In this document: positions 27,796 to 36,940 of the stretch, piece after piece
Position numbering within the stretch: position 1 is the first letter of the stretch
Layout: the number at the start of each line of letters is the position of its first letter
IMG/VR virus record: IMGVR_UViG_3300014208_000019
Location: 1 to 39,365 of that record
DNA from: a virus
Taxonomy: Duplodnaviria > Caudoviricetes
Length of the DNA: 39,365 bases
Strand: one strand, 5' to 3'
Made by a program: the position numbers and the translations under genes
The notes under the pieces: generated by a model
Databases searched by the model: none
What the model was told of the DNA's origin: nothing
The model's input: the letters and a program-made list of their open reading frames with translations, nothing else

Positions 27796-29237
27796 CCGAT
27801 ATAATTTGGCACAACGAAAAAAGGAAAGTGGCGGACTTATTGCCCGCCGACTATAACCCGCGCAAGCTCTCGCCAAAGAGCGGCGCGGATTTGCGTGATA
27901 GTATTACCAAATTCGGAGAGGCGGAGCCGGTGTGCATTAACACAGGGGCAAGAAAAGACACCCTTATCGGCGGACACCAACGGGTGAAGATTTATGCTGA
28001 TCTGGAACGCGAAGAAATTGACGTGCGAGTACCGAGCCGAGAGCTTACCCTTGAAGAAGAAAAAGAACTCAATCCCCGTTTGAACAGGAACGTGGGAGAG
28101 TGGGACTGGGAAGCCCTAAACGCCTTTGACAAAGATATGCTTCTTATGGCGGGTTTTGATATAAAGGACATCAAAAAGCTTATGGGGCAGAATAATATCA
28201 GGGAAGACGCGCGAGTAAAATTGTCCGAAAGATTTTTGATACCTCCATTTTCAGTATTGGACAGCCGACAGGGATATTGGCAAGACAGAAAGAGAGCGTG
28301 GAGTGATTTGATACAAGGCGAGCTTTCAGAGACACGCGAGGGCAAAGGACTTGAAACCGACGCGCAGTATTATGTGAACAAAAGCAAAACGGAAAAGTTT
28401 CTCGGGCGTACCCTTACGCGGGAGGAATTTGAAGACCATTACACCACGGAAATGTTGAACGAGGGCATTTCTATTTTTGACCCGGTACTTACCGAAATTA
28501 TGTATTTGTGGTTTTGCCAGAAAGGAGGAAAAATCCTTGACCCATTTATGGGTGGGCAAACGCGACCGTTCGTTGCTTTGGAACTTGGCTATAAATACAC
28601 GGGCGTGGATATACGACCCGAACAGGTAACGGCGAACGAAACAGCGTGCAAAGAATTTGAGGGAGGGAAACTTTTTGCGGGCGACAGCAAAAACATTGAC
28701 ACGATAGTGCCGGAAAAAGATTTTGACCTCGTTTTCACTTGCCCGCCTTATTATGATCTGGAAGTTTACAGCAAAGACGATATGAGCGCCCTCGGAACGT
28801 ACGAGGAATTTCTTGTGCAATACAAAGAGGTTTTCAAAAAGTGTGTAGAAAAACTGAAAGATAACAGATTTTTGGTAATAGTAATCGGAGAGATACGAAA
28901 CAAGAAGACAGGGGAATATCGGAACTTTGTCGGGGATAACATTCGGATATTTAATGAGCTTGGTTTGAAATACTACAACGAGATAATTTTGACCACATCA
29001 GTGGGGAGCTTACCTATGAGAGCGCCGAGACAATTTAATCAAAGCCGAAAAATAGGGAAGACGCACCAGAACATTTTGACCTTTTGGAAAGGGGGAGCCG
29101 AGAACCTTTTCAAACAAGAACACGCATTGCTTGCCACTCACCAGAATATCCTCACTTTCTTCAAAGGGGATTTGGACGCAATACAAGGGAACTTCGGGGA
29201 AGTCAGTCGGCCCGAAGATATAACAAAATTGTTATGA
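27792..29237 (+). CDS. ParB/Srx-like domain fused to an amino (N4C/N6A) DNA methyltransferase
   Basis: YNPRK..SI.KFG..IGGHQR at the N-terminus; ILDPFMGG motif I; FTCPPYY motif IV. Confidence 0.85.
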   Translation: MTDIIWHNEKRKVADLLPADYNPRKLSPKSGADLRDSITKFGEAEPVCINTGARKDTLIGGHQRVKIYADLEREEIDVRVPSRELTLEEEKELNPRLNRNVGEWDWEALNAFDKDMLLMAGFDIKDIKKLMGQNNIREDARVKLSERFLIPPFSVLDSRQGYWQDRKRAWSDLIQGELSETREGKGLETDAQYYVNKSKTEKFLGRTLTREEFEDHYTTEMLNEGISIFDPVLTEIMYLWFCQKGGKILDPFMGGQTRPFVALELGYKYTGVDIRPEQVTANETACKEFEGGKLFAGDSKNIDTIVPEKDFDLVFTCPPYYDLEVYSKDDMSALGTYEEFLVQYKEVFKKCVEKLKDNRFLVIVIGEIRNKKTGEYRNFVGDNIRIFNELGLKYYNEIILTTSVGSLPMRAPRQFNQSRKIGKTHQNILTFWKGGAENLFKQEHALLATHQNILTFFKGDLDAIQGNFGEVSRPEDITKLL

Positions 29238-29515
29238 AAGATATTACCGGGCGAGATTTGAGGAATATGAGGGAAGCACTTATTTTTACCATTAAAGCAT
29301 TGGACGAAAAGACCGACGGAAGCGACCCATTGAGGACAGCCATTTGGAGAGGGCGAATGTTAGCCACACTTCACAAACTCGGGGGAAGAATGGACACGGA
29401 AAAAAAGTCGGAAGCTCTCCCCTACCCCACTCCATTAGATACCACTGTCAGAGAAAATGACCTCGGGGGAGAGAGTGAGCGACCTATGGAGACAGGGGAG
29501 GGGAGACGATATTGA
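29234..29515 (+). CDS. Hypothetical protein
   Basis: ATGA overlap with the upstream gene. Confidence 0.5.
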   Translation: MKDITGRDLRNMREALIFTIKALDEKTDGSDPLRTAIWRGRMLATLHKLGGRMDTEKKSEALPYPTPLDTTVRENDLGGESERPMETGEGRRY

Positions 29516-29539
29516 AAAAAAGTTGTACAATAAAAATAT

Positions 29540-30148
29540 ATGGAAAACACAGGGGAAACAAAAGAAAATTTGGAAAATTTGACACCCCCCGAAAGAGTGG
29601 AGATAGTACGGGAAGAAGACCACAAAAAGGAAGAACAAGCGAGGACGACGTGGGCAAAGCAAAAGTTCCTTGAGTATATGGAAAAGACGATGGGAATGAT
29701 AAAGATTGCGGCAGACCAAGCGGAAGTTTCACGTCAAACCTATTACAACTGGTATAAAGACGACCCGGACTTTCGCGCAGAGGTGGACAGGATAAAGAAA
29801 CAGCAAATTGGGGAAGTGGAAGACCGGCTCGTAAAAGCGATAATGAACGACAACGTAACTGCGATTATGTTTTACCTCCGAGCAAAGCACCCGGACTATT
29901 ACCCGAAAGACAAGTTTATAATTCCTATGGCGGGAGGGGCGCAGAGTTTAGAGGATTTACTAGATAACTACAAAAACGATGAACACGAACTTGCCGGACA
30001 ACAGGGTGTTGATAGAACGGCTCTTGAAAATCCGCAACAAGCGGGGGTCGCAAGTCCCCTTTCGGTTCAACGTAGCGCAGAATTATTACTGGGAGAGACG
30101 GACACGAAGAAACCTGATATTGAAAGCGAGACAAAAGGGAATAAGTAA
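29540..30148 (+). CDS. terS: Terminase small subunit (HTH)
   Basis: KFLE..G.IKIAADQAEVSRQTYYNW..DPDF..VEDRL..TAIMFYL; directly before TerL. Confidence 0.75.
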   Translation: MENTGETKENLENLTPPERVEIVREEDHKKEEQARTTWAKQKFLEYMEKTMGMIKIAADQAEVSRQTYYNWYKDDPDFRAEVDRIKKQQIGEVEDRLVKAIMNDNVTAIMFYLRAKHPDYYPKDKFIIPMAGGAQSLEDLLDNYKNDEHELAGQQGVDRTALENPQQAGVASPLSVQRSAELLLGETDTKKPDIESETKGNK

Positions 30149-31460
30149 AGCCATAGATGCAGACCAACTTTTGGACTGCGTGAAGAAAAGCACGAGCGCC
30201 GTTGTTATTTCACACGAACAGGTTGCGACAGAGCGTTTGTTTGCGGCCGTTAGATATTACGTTGAGAATATGGCCGCCAAGCCATTAGTCAGCATAGACA
30301 GCAAGCGCGAAATGAAGTTCCCGAAACGCGGGTCAACATACTTTATCGGAACGGCAGGGCAAAGAGCATTCGGACGCGGGGACACCGTTGACCGCGCGCA
30401 CTTATCCGAGGCCGCTTTTTATTTGGATCTGGAAAAGATTTTGGGAGGTATAGCAGAGGCGGCGGAGTACGGACAGATAGACATTGAGACCACACCGAAC
30501 GGACGCGAACAGTTTTATGATATGTGGCAGAAAGCAAAGACCGGGCGCTCCCCTTACACCGCGATATTCATTCCGTGGTTCATAGATACCGAATACAGCG
30601 TGGACAGTTTAACCAGAGAGGAAAGAGACGGCTTGAGCGCGGGCGTGCGCGAGATGTTTTCAATACCAGACGCAGAGTTTTTAGCAACAATAGGCGACGA
30701 AGAAAAAAGATTGGTTGCAAGGGTAGCGCAAGAATACGGAATAATAATGACCGCGGGGCAATTAAAGTGGAGACGATACAAGATATGGGATAAAGGAATG
30801 ATATTTTATCAGGAATATCCCGAGGACGACGTGAGTTGTTTCCTACAAAGCGGACGTTCAGTTTTCACTCAGATAACGACCGACACGACAAAGCGCATTC
30901 CTTTGGATAACTTTGAGAAGTGGGCCGACGAAGAAACCCGCGCGAAGTTTAAGAAAAAGATTTTGTTCGGAGGAGTAGACTGTGCCGAGGGAGTACGAGG
31001 AGGCGACCGTCATTGTTTCAGCGTAATAGACGCGAACGTCGGAGAGGAGAAAGCGCAAGTCATTTTTGAATATACGAGTGATGAGCCGATAGATGTTTTT
31101 TGGGATAGGATAGAGCCGATTATGAAATCGTTCAGAATATGGACGGGCATTGAAAAGAACGGCGTCGGAGTAGCACACGTCAAAGAGGCCCGAGGAAGAA
31201 AGATACCTTTTATTTTTGAATGGTGGACGGGAGACAATCGCCCTCTTATGTTTTCAGATTTGGAAACAGCATACAGAAAGGAAACTTTGATTGAGGGATA
31301 CACCGAGGCAGAGAACGAGGCGCGTGATATGATTTATGTACACGGGCAACACGGAGACCGCCCTGACACGCAAAAGAACAAACACGATGACCGAGTTATG
31401 AGCCGAGCGATAGCATTGCAAATGAGAAAGAAACCTGTACCGGGCATTACCCTATTGTAA
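29979..31460 (+). CDS. terL: Terminase large subunit
   Basis: LKARQKGISK, RGDT, HLSEAAF, ETTPNG, QEYP, GVDCAEG, EKNGVG and HDDRVM. Confidence 0.93.
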   Translation: MNTNLPDNRVLIERLLKIRNKRGSQVPFRFNVAQNYYWERRTRRNLILKARQKGISKAIDADQLLDCVKKSTSAVVISHEQVATERLFAAVRYYVENMAAKPLVSIDSKREMKFPKRGSTYFIGTAGQRAFGRGDTVDRAHLSEAAFYLDLEKILGGIAEAAEYGQIDIETTPNGREQFYDMWQKAKTGRSPYTAIFIPWFIDTEYSVDSLTREERDGLSAGVREMFSIPDAEFLATIGDEEKRLVARVAQEYGIIMTAGQLKWRRYKIWDKGMIFYQEYPEDDVSCFLQSGRSVFTQITTDTTKRIPLDNFEKWADEETRAKFKKKILFGGVDCAEGVRGGDRHCFSVIDANVGEEKAQVIFEYTSDEPIDVFWDRIEPIMKSFRIWTGIEKNGVGVAHVKEARGRKIPFIFEWWTGDNRPLMFSDLETAYRKETLIEGYTEAENEARDMIYVHGQHGDRPDTQKNKHDDRVMSRAIALQMRKKPVPGITLL

Positions 31461-31472
31461 TATCAAAAGCCG

Positions 31473-31481
31473 TGCTATAAT
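31473..31481 (+). promoter_or_regulatory. Extended -10 promoter TGCTATAAT
   Basis: Intergenic, shortly upstream of the portal ATG. Confidence 0.6.
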
Positions 31482-31499
31482 AAAATTAAGAAAAACACT

Positions 31500-33689
31500 A
31501 TGACTCTTATTTCAAAAGTAACATCTATTTTTAAGAGGAAAGACGCAATGCCAACGCCTGCGACTGGGGGCTTTGAACTTTTACAAAGGTTGACCGCAGG
31601 GGCGTGGAGTAATACAAAAATGTTGGAGACGTACGAAAAAAGTTTGTACGTCTTTCGTGCTGTGGATAAGATAGCCGAAAAAGTAGCGGGGGCGGATTTG
31701 GATTTGTTTCAGATACTTAACGCAAGCGGAGACACAAAAGAAATTCTCGTCAGCCCTTTGCTTGACCTTATGTATCGCCCGAACCCTTTTCAGACACGCG
31801 AGGAGTTTATGAAGATTACCACTATCAACCTGAAACTTTGCGGAGACGCTTTTTGGTACAAAGTAAAGAACGACCGCGGACAGATAGTTGAATTGTGGAA
31901 TTTGCGCCCGGATATGATTGAGATTTTGAAAGACCCTGTTGAATTTATCAAAGGGTATCGTTTCACAAAGACCGACGGCGTCATTGTACCTTTTGCACCC
32001 GAGGAAATAGTCCACTTCCGAGCGCCGACACCGCTTGATGACTATATGGGCGTATCCCCTATTCGTAGCGCACAGACCCGCATTGATACCGAGGATTTCG
32101 CCTCACAATATCAACGCGACTTTTTCTTGAATAACGCGCGCCCGGACGGAATACTGAAAACGGACACCGTGCTTGACCAAGAAGCGAAAGACGACATCAG
32201 AGACAACTTCCACAAAGCGCACAAAGGTATTGGAAAAAACAGCAAGCTCGCAATTTTTGACAGCGGGTTACAATACGAACAGATAAGCGTCAATCAAAAA
32301 GAAATGGACTACATAGAAAGTATGAAGTTCACACGCGACGACATACTCGTTGCGTTCGGCGTACCTAAAAGCGTGTTGGGTATTTCAGAAGACGTAAACA
32401 GAGCGAACGCGGAGACAGGAATGTATGTTTTTCTTTCCGAGGTTATTATGCCGACGATGCGCGACCTTTTGGGAAAGATAAACGAAATGCTCGTATCGCC
32501 TGATTTCGGAGATAACTTTTATTTTGATTGCGAGGATTTAGTGCCACAAAACAGAGACCAAGTTTTGAAAGATTACGACAGCGGATTGAGTAAAGGGTGG
32601 CTCACGATAAACGACGTGCGCGCAAGGGAAAACCTCCCGCCGTTAGACGGGTGCGATGTTCCTTTCCTGCCTATCGGACTTATGCCTATCGGGGAAAACA
32701 TACAGCAACCGGGAGAGCCGACACCCGCCGCAAAATACTTCGCTGATCTGAAAGTCAAAGAAGCGAGAAAGAGGGCGAAGCTTATGAGGGGACATATGTT
32801 CTTGAGACAAAAATTTCTTATCGCCGAAAACATAAAATCAAAACTGGAAGCGAAAATGAAAAAGAGCGTTTTACAAGAAACAAAGACGGAACCGAAAAGA
32901 AAAAAAAAGAATAAAAAAAAAGATAAAGTTCCGACAGCATTTTTGAGAGACGAAGAAACGAAAGTGAAATATGCGGATATGGTAAACAAAGCGATAGACC
33001 ACAGAGCGGGACAGTTCAAAAAAGCATTGGGTCAGTTAGCAACAAGACAAAAGAATGCGCTTATTGTAAAATTAAAGAATAGCGGAGACCTTTCAAAAAA
33101 TAAAGCAATCGGAACGGAAGCGAAAAAGACGGTTGCGAAATTCTTTACAGAGCAAGAAGAGGTATGGGCGGAGTTTGCATTTCCTTTTATGAGCGAATAC
33201 GCGAGGCAGGCAGGGACGGAGGCAATGGCAATGGTAAACCCCGACAAAGCATTTTCAATGTCGGAGCGAGTACAGGCAGTTTTGAAACGAAGGTCAACAG
33301 AGTTCGGGCTTGGAGTAAACGGAACGACCAGAGACAAGGTATCAACAGCCATATCAGACGGATTGGACGCAGGCGATGGCATAGATAAGCTATCTGCACG
33401 CATTACGGAGGTATACGCAGAGTTTCCGAGAAGCCGAGCGGAACTGATAGCGAGGACGGAAAGCACAGCGGCGAACAACGAGGGATTTTTGGAGGCGTAC
33501 AAACAGAGCGGAGTTGCGACACACAAAGAATGGGTAAACGCCGGAGACGACCGAGTGAGAGACGAACACCAAAACGGTATCGGGGTCGGTGGAGAGATAG
33601 TCCCCGTCAATCGTACTTTTACTAACGGGTTAATGTTTCCACAAGAACCAAATTGCCGGTGCGTAATAGCCCCCGCATTTGAACAATAA
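31500..33689 (+). CDS. HK97-family portal protein fused to a MuF/SPP1-gp7-like head morphogenesis domain
   Basis: RPNPFQ, GVSPI, FFLNNARPDG, AFGVP and TINDVRAREN; C-terminal RAELIARTES..KEW..DDRVRDEH..PNCRC. Confidence 0.9.
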   Translation: MTLISKVTSIFKRKDAMPTPATGGFELLQRLTAGAWSNTKMLETYEKSLYVFRAVDKIAEKVAGADLDLFQILNASGDTKEILVSPLLDLMYRPNPFQTREEFMKITTINLKLCGDAFWYKVKNDRGQIVELWNLRPDMIEILKDPVEFIKGYRFTKTDGVIVPFAPEEIVHFRAPTPLDDYMGVSPIRSAQTRIDTEDFASQYQRDFFLNNARPDGILKTDTVLDQEAKDDIRDNFHKAHKGIGKNSKLAIFDSGLQYEQISVNQKEMDYIESMKFTRDDILVAFGVPKSVLGISEDVNRANAETGMYVFLSEVIMPTMRDLLGKINEMLVSPDFGDNFYFDCEDLVPQNRDQVLKDYDSGLSKGWLTINDVRARENLPPLDGCDVPFLPIGLMPIGENIQQPGEPTPAAKYFADLKVKEARKRAKLMRGHMFLRQKFLIAENIKSKLEAKMKKSVLQETKTEPKRKKKNKKKDKVPTAFLRDEETKVKYADMVNKAIDHRAGQFKKALGQLATRQKNALIVKLKNSGDLSKNKAIGTEAKKTVAKFFTEQEEVWAEFAFPFMSEYARQAGTEAMAMVNPDKAFSMSERVQAVLKRRSTEFGLGVNGTTRDKVSTAISDGLDAGDGIDKLSARITEVYAEFPRSRAELIARTESTAANNEGFLEAYKQSGVATHKEWVNAGDDRVRDEHQNGIGVGGEIVPVNRTFTNGLMFPQEPNCRCVIAPAFEQ

Positions 33690-33696
33690 AAAAACT

Positions 33697-34425
33697 ATGA
33701 ACAAAAAACTTTTGAATAGAGAAAAAAAGAGTGTTGACTTTACGTTTCATATCAAGAGCGTGGACGAAACACAGCATATCATTGAGGGTGTGTTTTCTAC
33801 CCCGGACGTAGACCGACACGGCGAAGTGGTCGTGCAAAACGGGTGGGACTTGGAAAACTACAAGCGAAACCCCGTCGTTTTATGGGCGCACCAAAACCAA
33901 GAATTGCCGGTGGCACAAATGGTTGAAATTGGGCCCGACGCAATGGGAATGCTTGCGGGTAAAATGAAATTTGCCGTTGAGGAATACGAACACGCAGCAA
34001 CCGTCTACAAACTTATGGTGGGCGGATACTTACGAGCATTTTCAGTCGGATTTTCAAACAACAGATATGAGGTTGCACAGAATGAAGAAGTCGTCTACCT
34101 TACCGAGAACGAACTCTTTGAGGTTTCAATCGTGAACGTACCCGCCAACGCATTGGCATTGGCAAAGAGCAAGGGGATTGACGTTTCTTCATTTGAGCAA
34201 GATAATAAAGAGGAGGAGAAGACGAAAGACGAAGAAGACGAGAAAGCGATCTGTGCACAGATTGCGAAAAACATTCAAAACGATTTAAGGGGCGATAAGT
34301 CCAACGGAAAAAAGAAAAAGGTCGAAACCCCACAAGGACTGGGCGTCAAAAAGTACTCTATCAGGAAACTGAACGGAGCCATCCGCAAACTCTTAAAAGA
34401 GAAACGCGGAATTAAAAAAGTTTAA
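33697..34425 (+). CDS. HK97-family prohead protease
   Basis: DRHGE, NPVVLWAH, AFSVGF and LFEVSIVNVPAN. Confidence 0.92.
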   Translation: MNKKLLNREKKSVDFTFHIKSVDETQHIIEGVFSTPDVDRHGEVVVQNGWDLENYKRNPVVLWAHQNQELPVAQMVEIGPDAMGMLAGKMKFAVEEYEHAATVYKLMVGGYLRAFSVGFSNNRYEVAQNEEVVYLTENELFEVSIVNVPANALALAKSKGIDVSSFEQDNKEEEKTKDEEDEKAICAQIAKNIQNDLRGDKSNGKKKKVETPQGLGVKKYSIRKLNGAIRKLLKEKRGIKKV

Positions 34426-34438
34426 TTTAATTTGATTT

Positions 34439-35818
34439 ATGAACATTGCAAAATTGATTTCAAAGTTCCTCAAATCGGGTTACGTCGCGCTTACCGCAGA
34501 CGAAAAATCTCTTTTGAAAGAAAACGTCGGTCTTATGACTGCCGAAGCTTCAAAGAAATTTAAGGACGCGGAAGAAGCGGCCGCCGAAGATGAGGGAGAA
34601 GACGAAGACGAGGACGAAGATGAGGGAGAGGGAGAAGACGGAGAAGTTGACGAAAAAGCACTCCGCGAAATGATTGCCAAATCAGCAACCGATGAGGTCA
34701 CAAAAAAGATGGGCGAAATTTCCGATATGCTCGTTGACAAGTTCTTCAAAGGAGCAAAAGCCCAGCGCTCTAAATTCTTGGCAACAGGAAAGAAAGAAGT
34801 TGACAGCTCAAAGAACGAAACCCGCACATTCTTCAAGGCGTTGCTCGAGGGCGACAAAGAAACCTTGAAAGCTTACAAGGCGAAAGCAACTACTATCAAC
34901 GAGACAGGGGACGACGCAAAAGGCGGATACCTTATCCCGGAAGAACTCCGCGCGGAAGTTTTGAGACTCGCTCAAAATCAGTACGGTGTTGCGAGACGCG
35001 AAATGTTTTACCTGCCATTTACTGGCCCCGGTAACGAAAGAAAAATCCCCACCCTTTTGACTGGCGTTTCAGTTTCTTGGGTAAACGAGAAAGGAAAGAA
35101 ACCGGGTACTAACCCGACATTCTCACTCGTTACTCAGACCCTTAAAAAGCTCGCCGCCATTATTCCTTTTACGGAAGAAATTTTGGAAGACAGCGCCGTC
35201 AACTTGACCGCACTCGTCGCGCAACTTTTTGCGGAAGCCGTAGCGAAAGAGGAAGATATTCAATTCTTCACTGGTACGGGTACCCCTTGGACTGGTGTAT
35301 TGAATAACGGAAGTGTCAACCACGTTGATATGGGCGCAGGCGAAGACATTACAGACATCACCGCCGACGACCTTTTGGATATGATTGACGAAACACCTGC
35401 CGGAGCTTTAACTGGCGCAAAGTTTTATTTGCACAGACACGCTCTTTCAGTTATCCGAAAGCTCAAAGACCCGGTAACAGGCGCATACATTTTCCAGAGA
35501 CCGACCGACGGTATGCCCGGAACTATCTGGGATTTCCCTTACGAACTTGTGGAAGCATTTCCTAACAAGACCGAGGGACTTACTCACACGAAAGGAATTA
35601 TCGCATTTGGTAACCTTAAACTCGCTTGTATTTTAGGCGACAAGCAGCAAATCAGAGCGAAACTCCTTGACCAAGCCACCGTCACCGACGGAGACGGCAC
35701 AACCGTATTGAACCTCGCCGAGGAAGATATGATTGCGCTCCGCTTGGAAGAAAGAGTCGGATACTTGCTCGCTTTACCGTCAGCAGTTACCGTCCTCAAG
35801 ACCGGAACCGCTTCCTAA
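34439..35818 (+). CDS. Major capsid protein, HK97 fold, with acidic N-terminal scaffold region
   Basis: GGYLIPEE, WVNE, KKLAAIIPFTEEILEDS, FGNL and ALRLEERVG. Confidence 0.95.
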   Translation: MNIAKLISKFLKSGYVALTADEKSLLKENVGLMTAEASKKFKDAEEAAAEDEGEDEDEDEDEGEGEDGEVDEKALREMIAKSATDEVTKKMGEISDMLVDKFFKGAKAQRSKFLATGKKEVDSSKNETRTFFKALLEGDKETLKAYKAKATTINETGDDAKGGYLIPEELRAEVLRLAQNQYGVARREMFYLPFTGPGNERKIPTLLTGVSVSWVNEKGKKPGTNPTFSLVTQTLKKLAAIIPFTEEILEDSAVNLTALVAQLFAEAVAKEEDIQFFTGTGTPWTGVLNNGSVNHVDMGAGEDITDITADDLLDMIDETPAGALTGAKFYLHRHALSVIRKLKDPVTGAYIFQRPTDGMPGTIWDFPYELVEAFPNKTEGLTHTKGIIAFGNLKLACILGDKQQIRAKLLDQATVTDGDGTTVLNLAEEDMIALRLEERVGYLLALPSAVTVLKTGTAS

Positions 35819-35827
35819 CAGCGCGTA

Positions 35828-35882
35828 GTTAGGGGGGTAGACAGGGGCGAGAAATTTTCCCGCCCCACCTCTGCCACCTAAC
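35828..35882 (+). other. Long GC-rich interrupted hairpin after the capsid gene
   Basis: GTTAGG/CCTAAC, GGTAGA/TCTGCC and GGGGCG/CGCCCC pairings; no T tract. Confidence 0.7.
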
Positions 35883-35914
35883 GGTGGGAATTAAAAACTA
35901 ATCACTATAATTTT

Positions 35915-36418
35915 ATGGCCGCAACAGTAGAAATTGACGAAAGCCACGGCGCAGGGGAAACCCTCACGCACGGCATATCTAACTCCAACTTTGGAAGTTC
36001 AGACGCCGCGAATTTAGTCGCGGCAAACTACCCGATAACGCCGGGGAATAACAGCTATGAAAAATGGCAAAAGTTCCACGTGTCAGCAATGGGTGGCTCA
36101 AGTAAAATCAAAACGCTGAAAGTTTGGCGTACCACCGCATTGGGCGGGTCAGCCGTACACGTTACGAACGCGCGCGAGGCAGGATATGCAGGCGCAGCAG
36201 TTTACGCAACGCCAGTCGCCACCGATAGCTCGGTCGCAACGCAGGCAATGCCTACAAGCGAACCGACAGGTGCAAACCTCGGTATCGGCGGAAGTTTAGC
36301 CGGAGAGATTACGGTCGCGGGTTCAAGCGACTATCTCGTCCACCAAGTACAATCGGACGCGGGAGACATAGCGGGCGCAAGCACGACTATGCACTACCAG
36401 TACGAAGAAGTCGCGTAA
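35915..36418 (+). CDS. Putative virion structural (head decoration-like) protein
   Basis: Ala/Gly/Ser/Thr-rich beta protein directly after the capsid gene. Confidence 0.55.
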   Translation: MAATVEIDESHGAGETLTHGISNSNFGSSDAANLVAANYPITPGNNSYEKWQKFHVSAMGGSSKIKTLKVWRTTALGGSAVHVTNAREAGYAGAAVYATPVATDSSVATQAMPTSEPTGANLGIGGSLAGEITVAGSSDYLVHQVQSDAGDIAGASTTMHYQYEEVA

Positions 36419-36471
36419 AAATTACAAACTAACACCAAGCAACTCAATGCTTCGTCCGGGCAACTCAATGC

Positions 36472-36504
36472 AAAAAGTTCCCGACGAAAAATCGGGAACT
36501 TTTT
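36472..36504 (+). terminator. Perfect 13-bp stem, terminator-like hairpin abutting the next ATG
   Basis: AAAAAGTTCCCGA-CGAAAAA-TCGGGAACTTTTT followed by ATG. Confidence 0.75.
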
Positions 36505-36927
36505 ATGGATAACACAAAATATATTTTTAACAGGGAGGGAGTAGAGGAAGACGTGCCGTTGGAAGTTTACAAATGGGTCGCAACGTATAAAGACGGAAGC
36601 GAACTCAAACAGTTTGACAAAGAGACGGGAATTTTCCACCAAGTCGGAGAGATACAACAGGATAAACTCGCACGCTTTACTATGATCTGCACGGAGGAGG
36701 AAAAAATAAAGCACACCATATCCGTGCCGGAGGGGGCGAAGATTATTCACAAATACAACCGATACGTTTTCAACGCGAAACGCCCGGACGAAATAAAACT
36801 CACGATTTATATTTTCGGATATAAAATCGGAGGACATCATCATTTCAACTTTATTCTTCCCGACGGGAATATCGTGCAAAACATTACCGGCGAGATACGG
36901 GCCGAAGACGGCAAGTGGGTATATTAA
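36505..36927 (+). CDS. Hypothetical protein
   Basis: 140-aa ORF with W.ATYKDGSELKQFD. Confidence 0.7.
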   Translation: MDNTKYIFNREGVEEDVPLEVYKWVATYKDGSELKQFDKETGIFHQVGEIQQDKLARFTMICTEEEKIKHTISVPEGAKIIHKYNRYVFNAKRPDEIKLTIYIFGYKIGGHHHFNFILPDGNIVQNITGEIRAEDGKWVY

Positions 36928-36940
36928 AAAATAAAAACAT

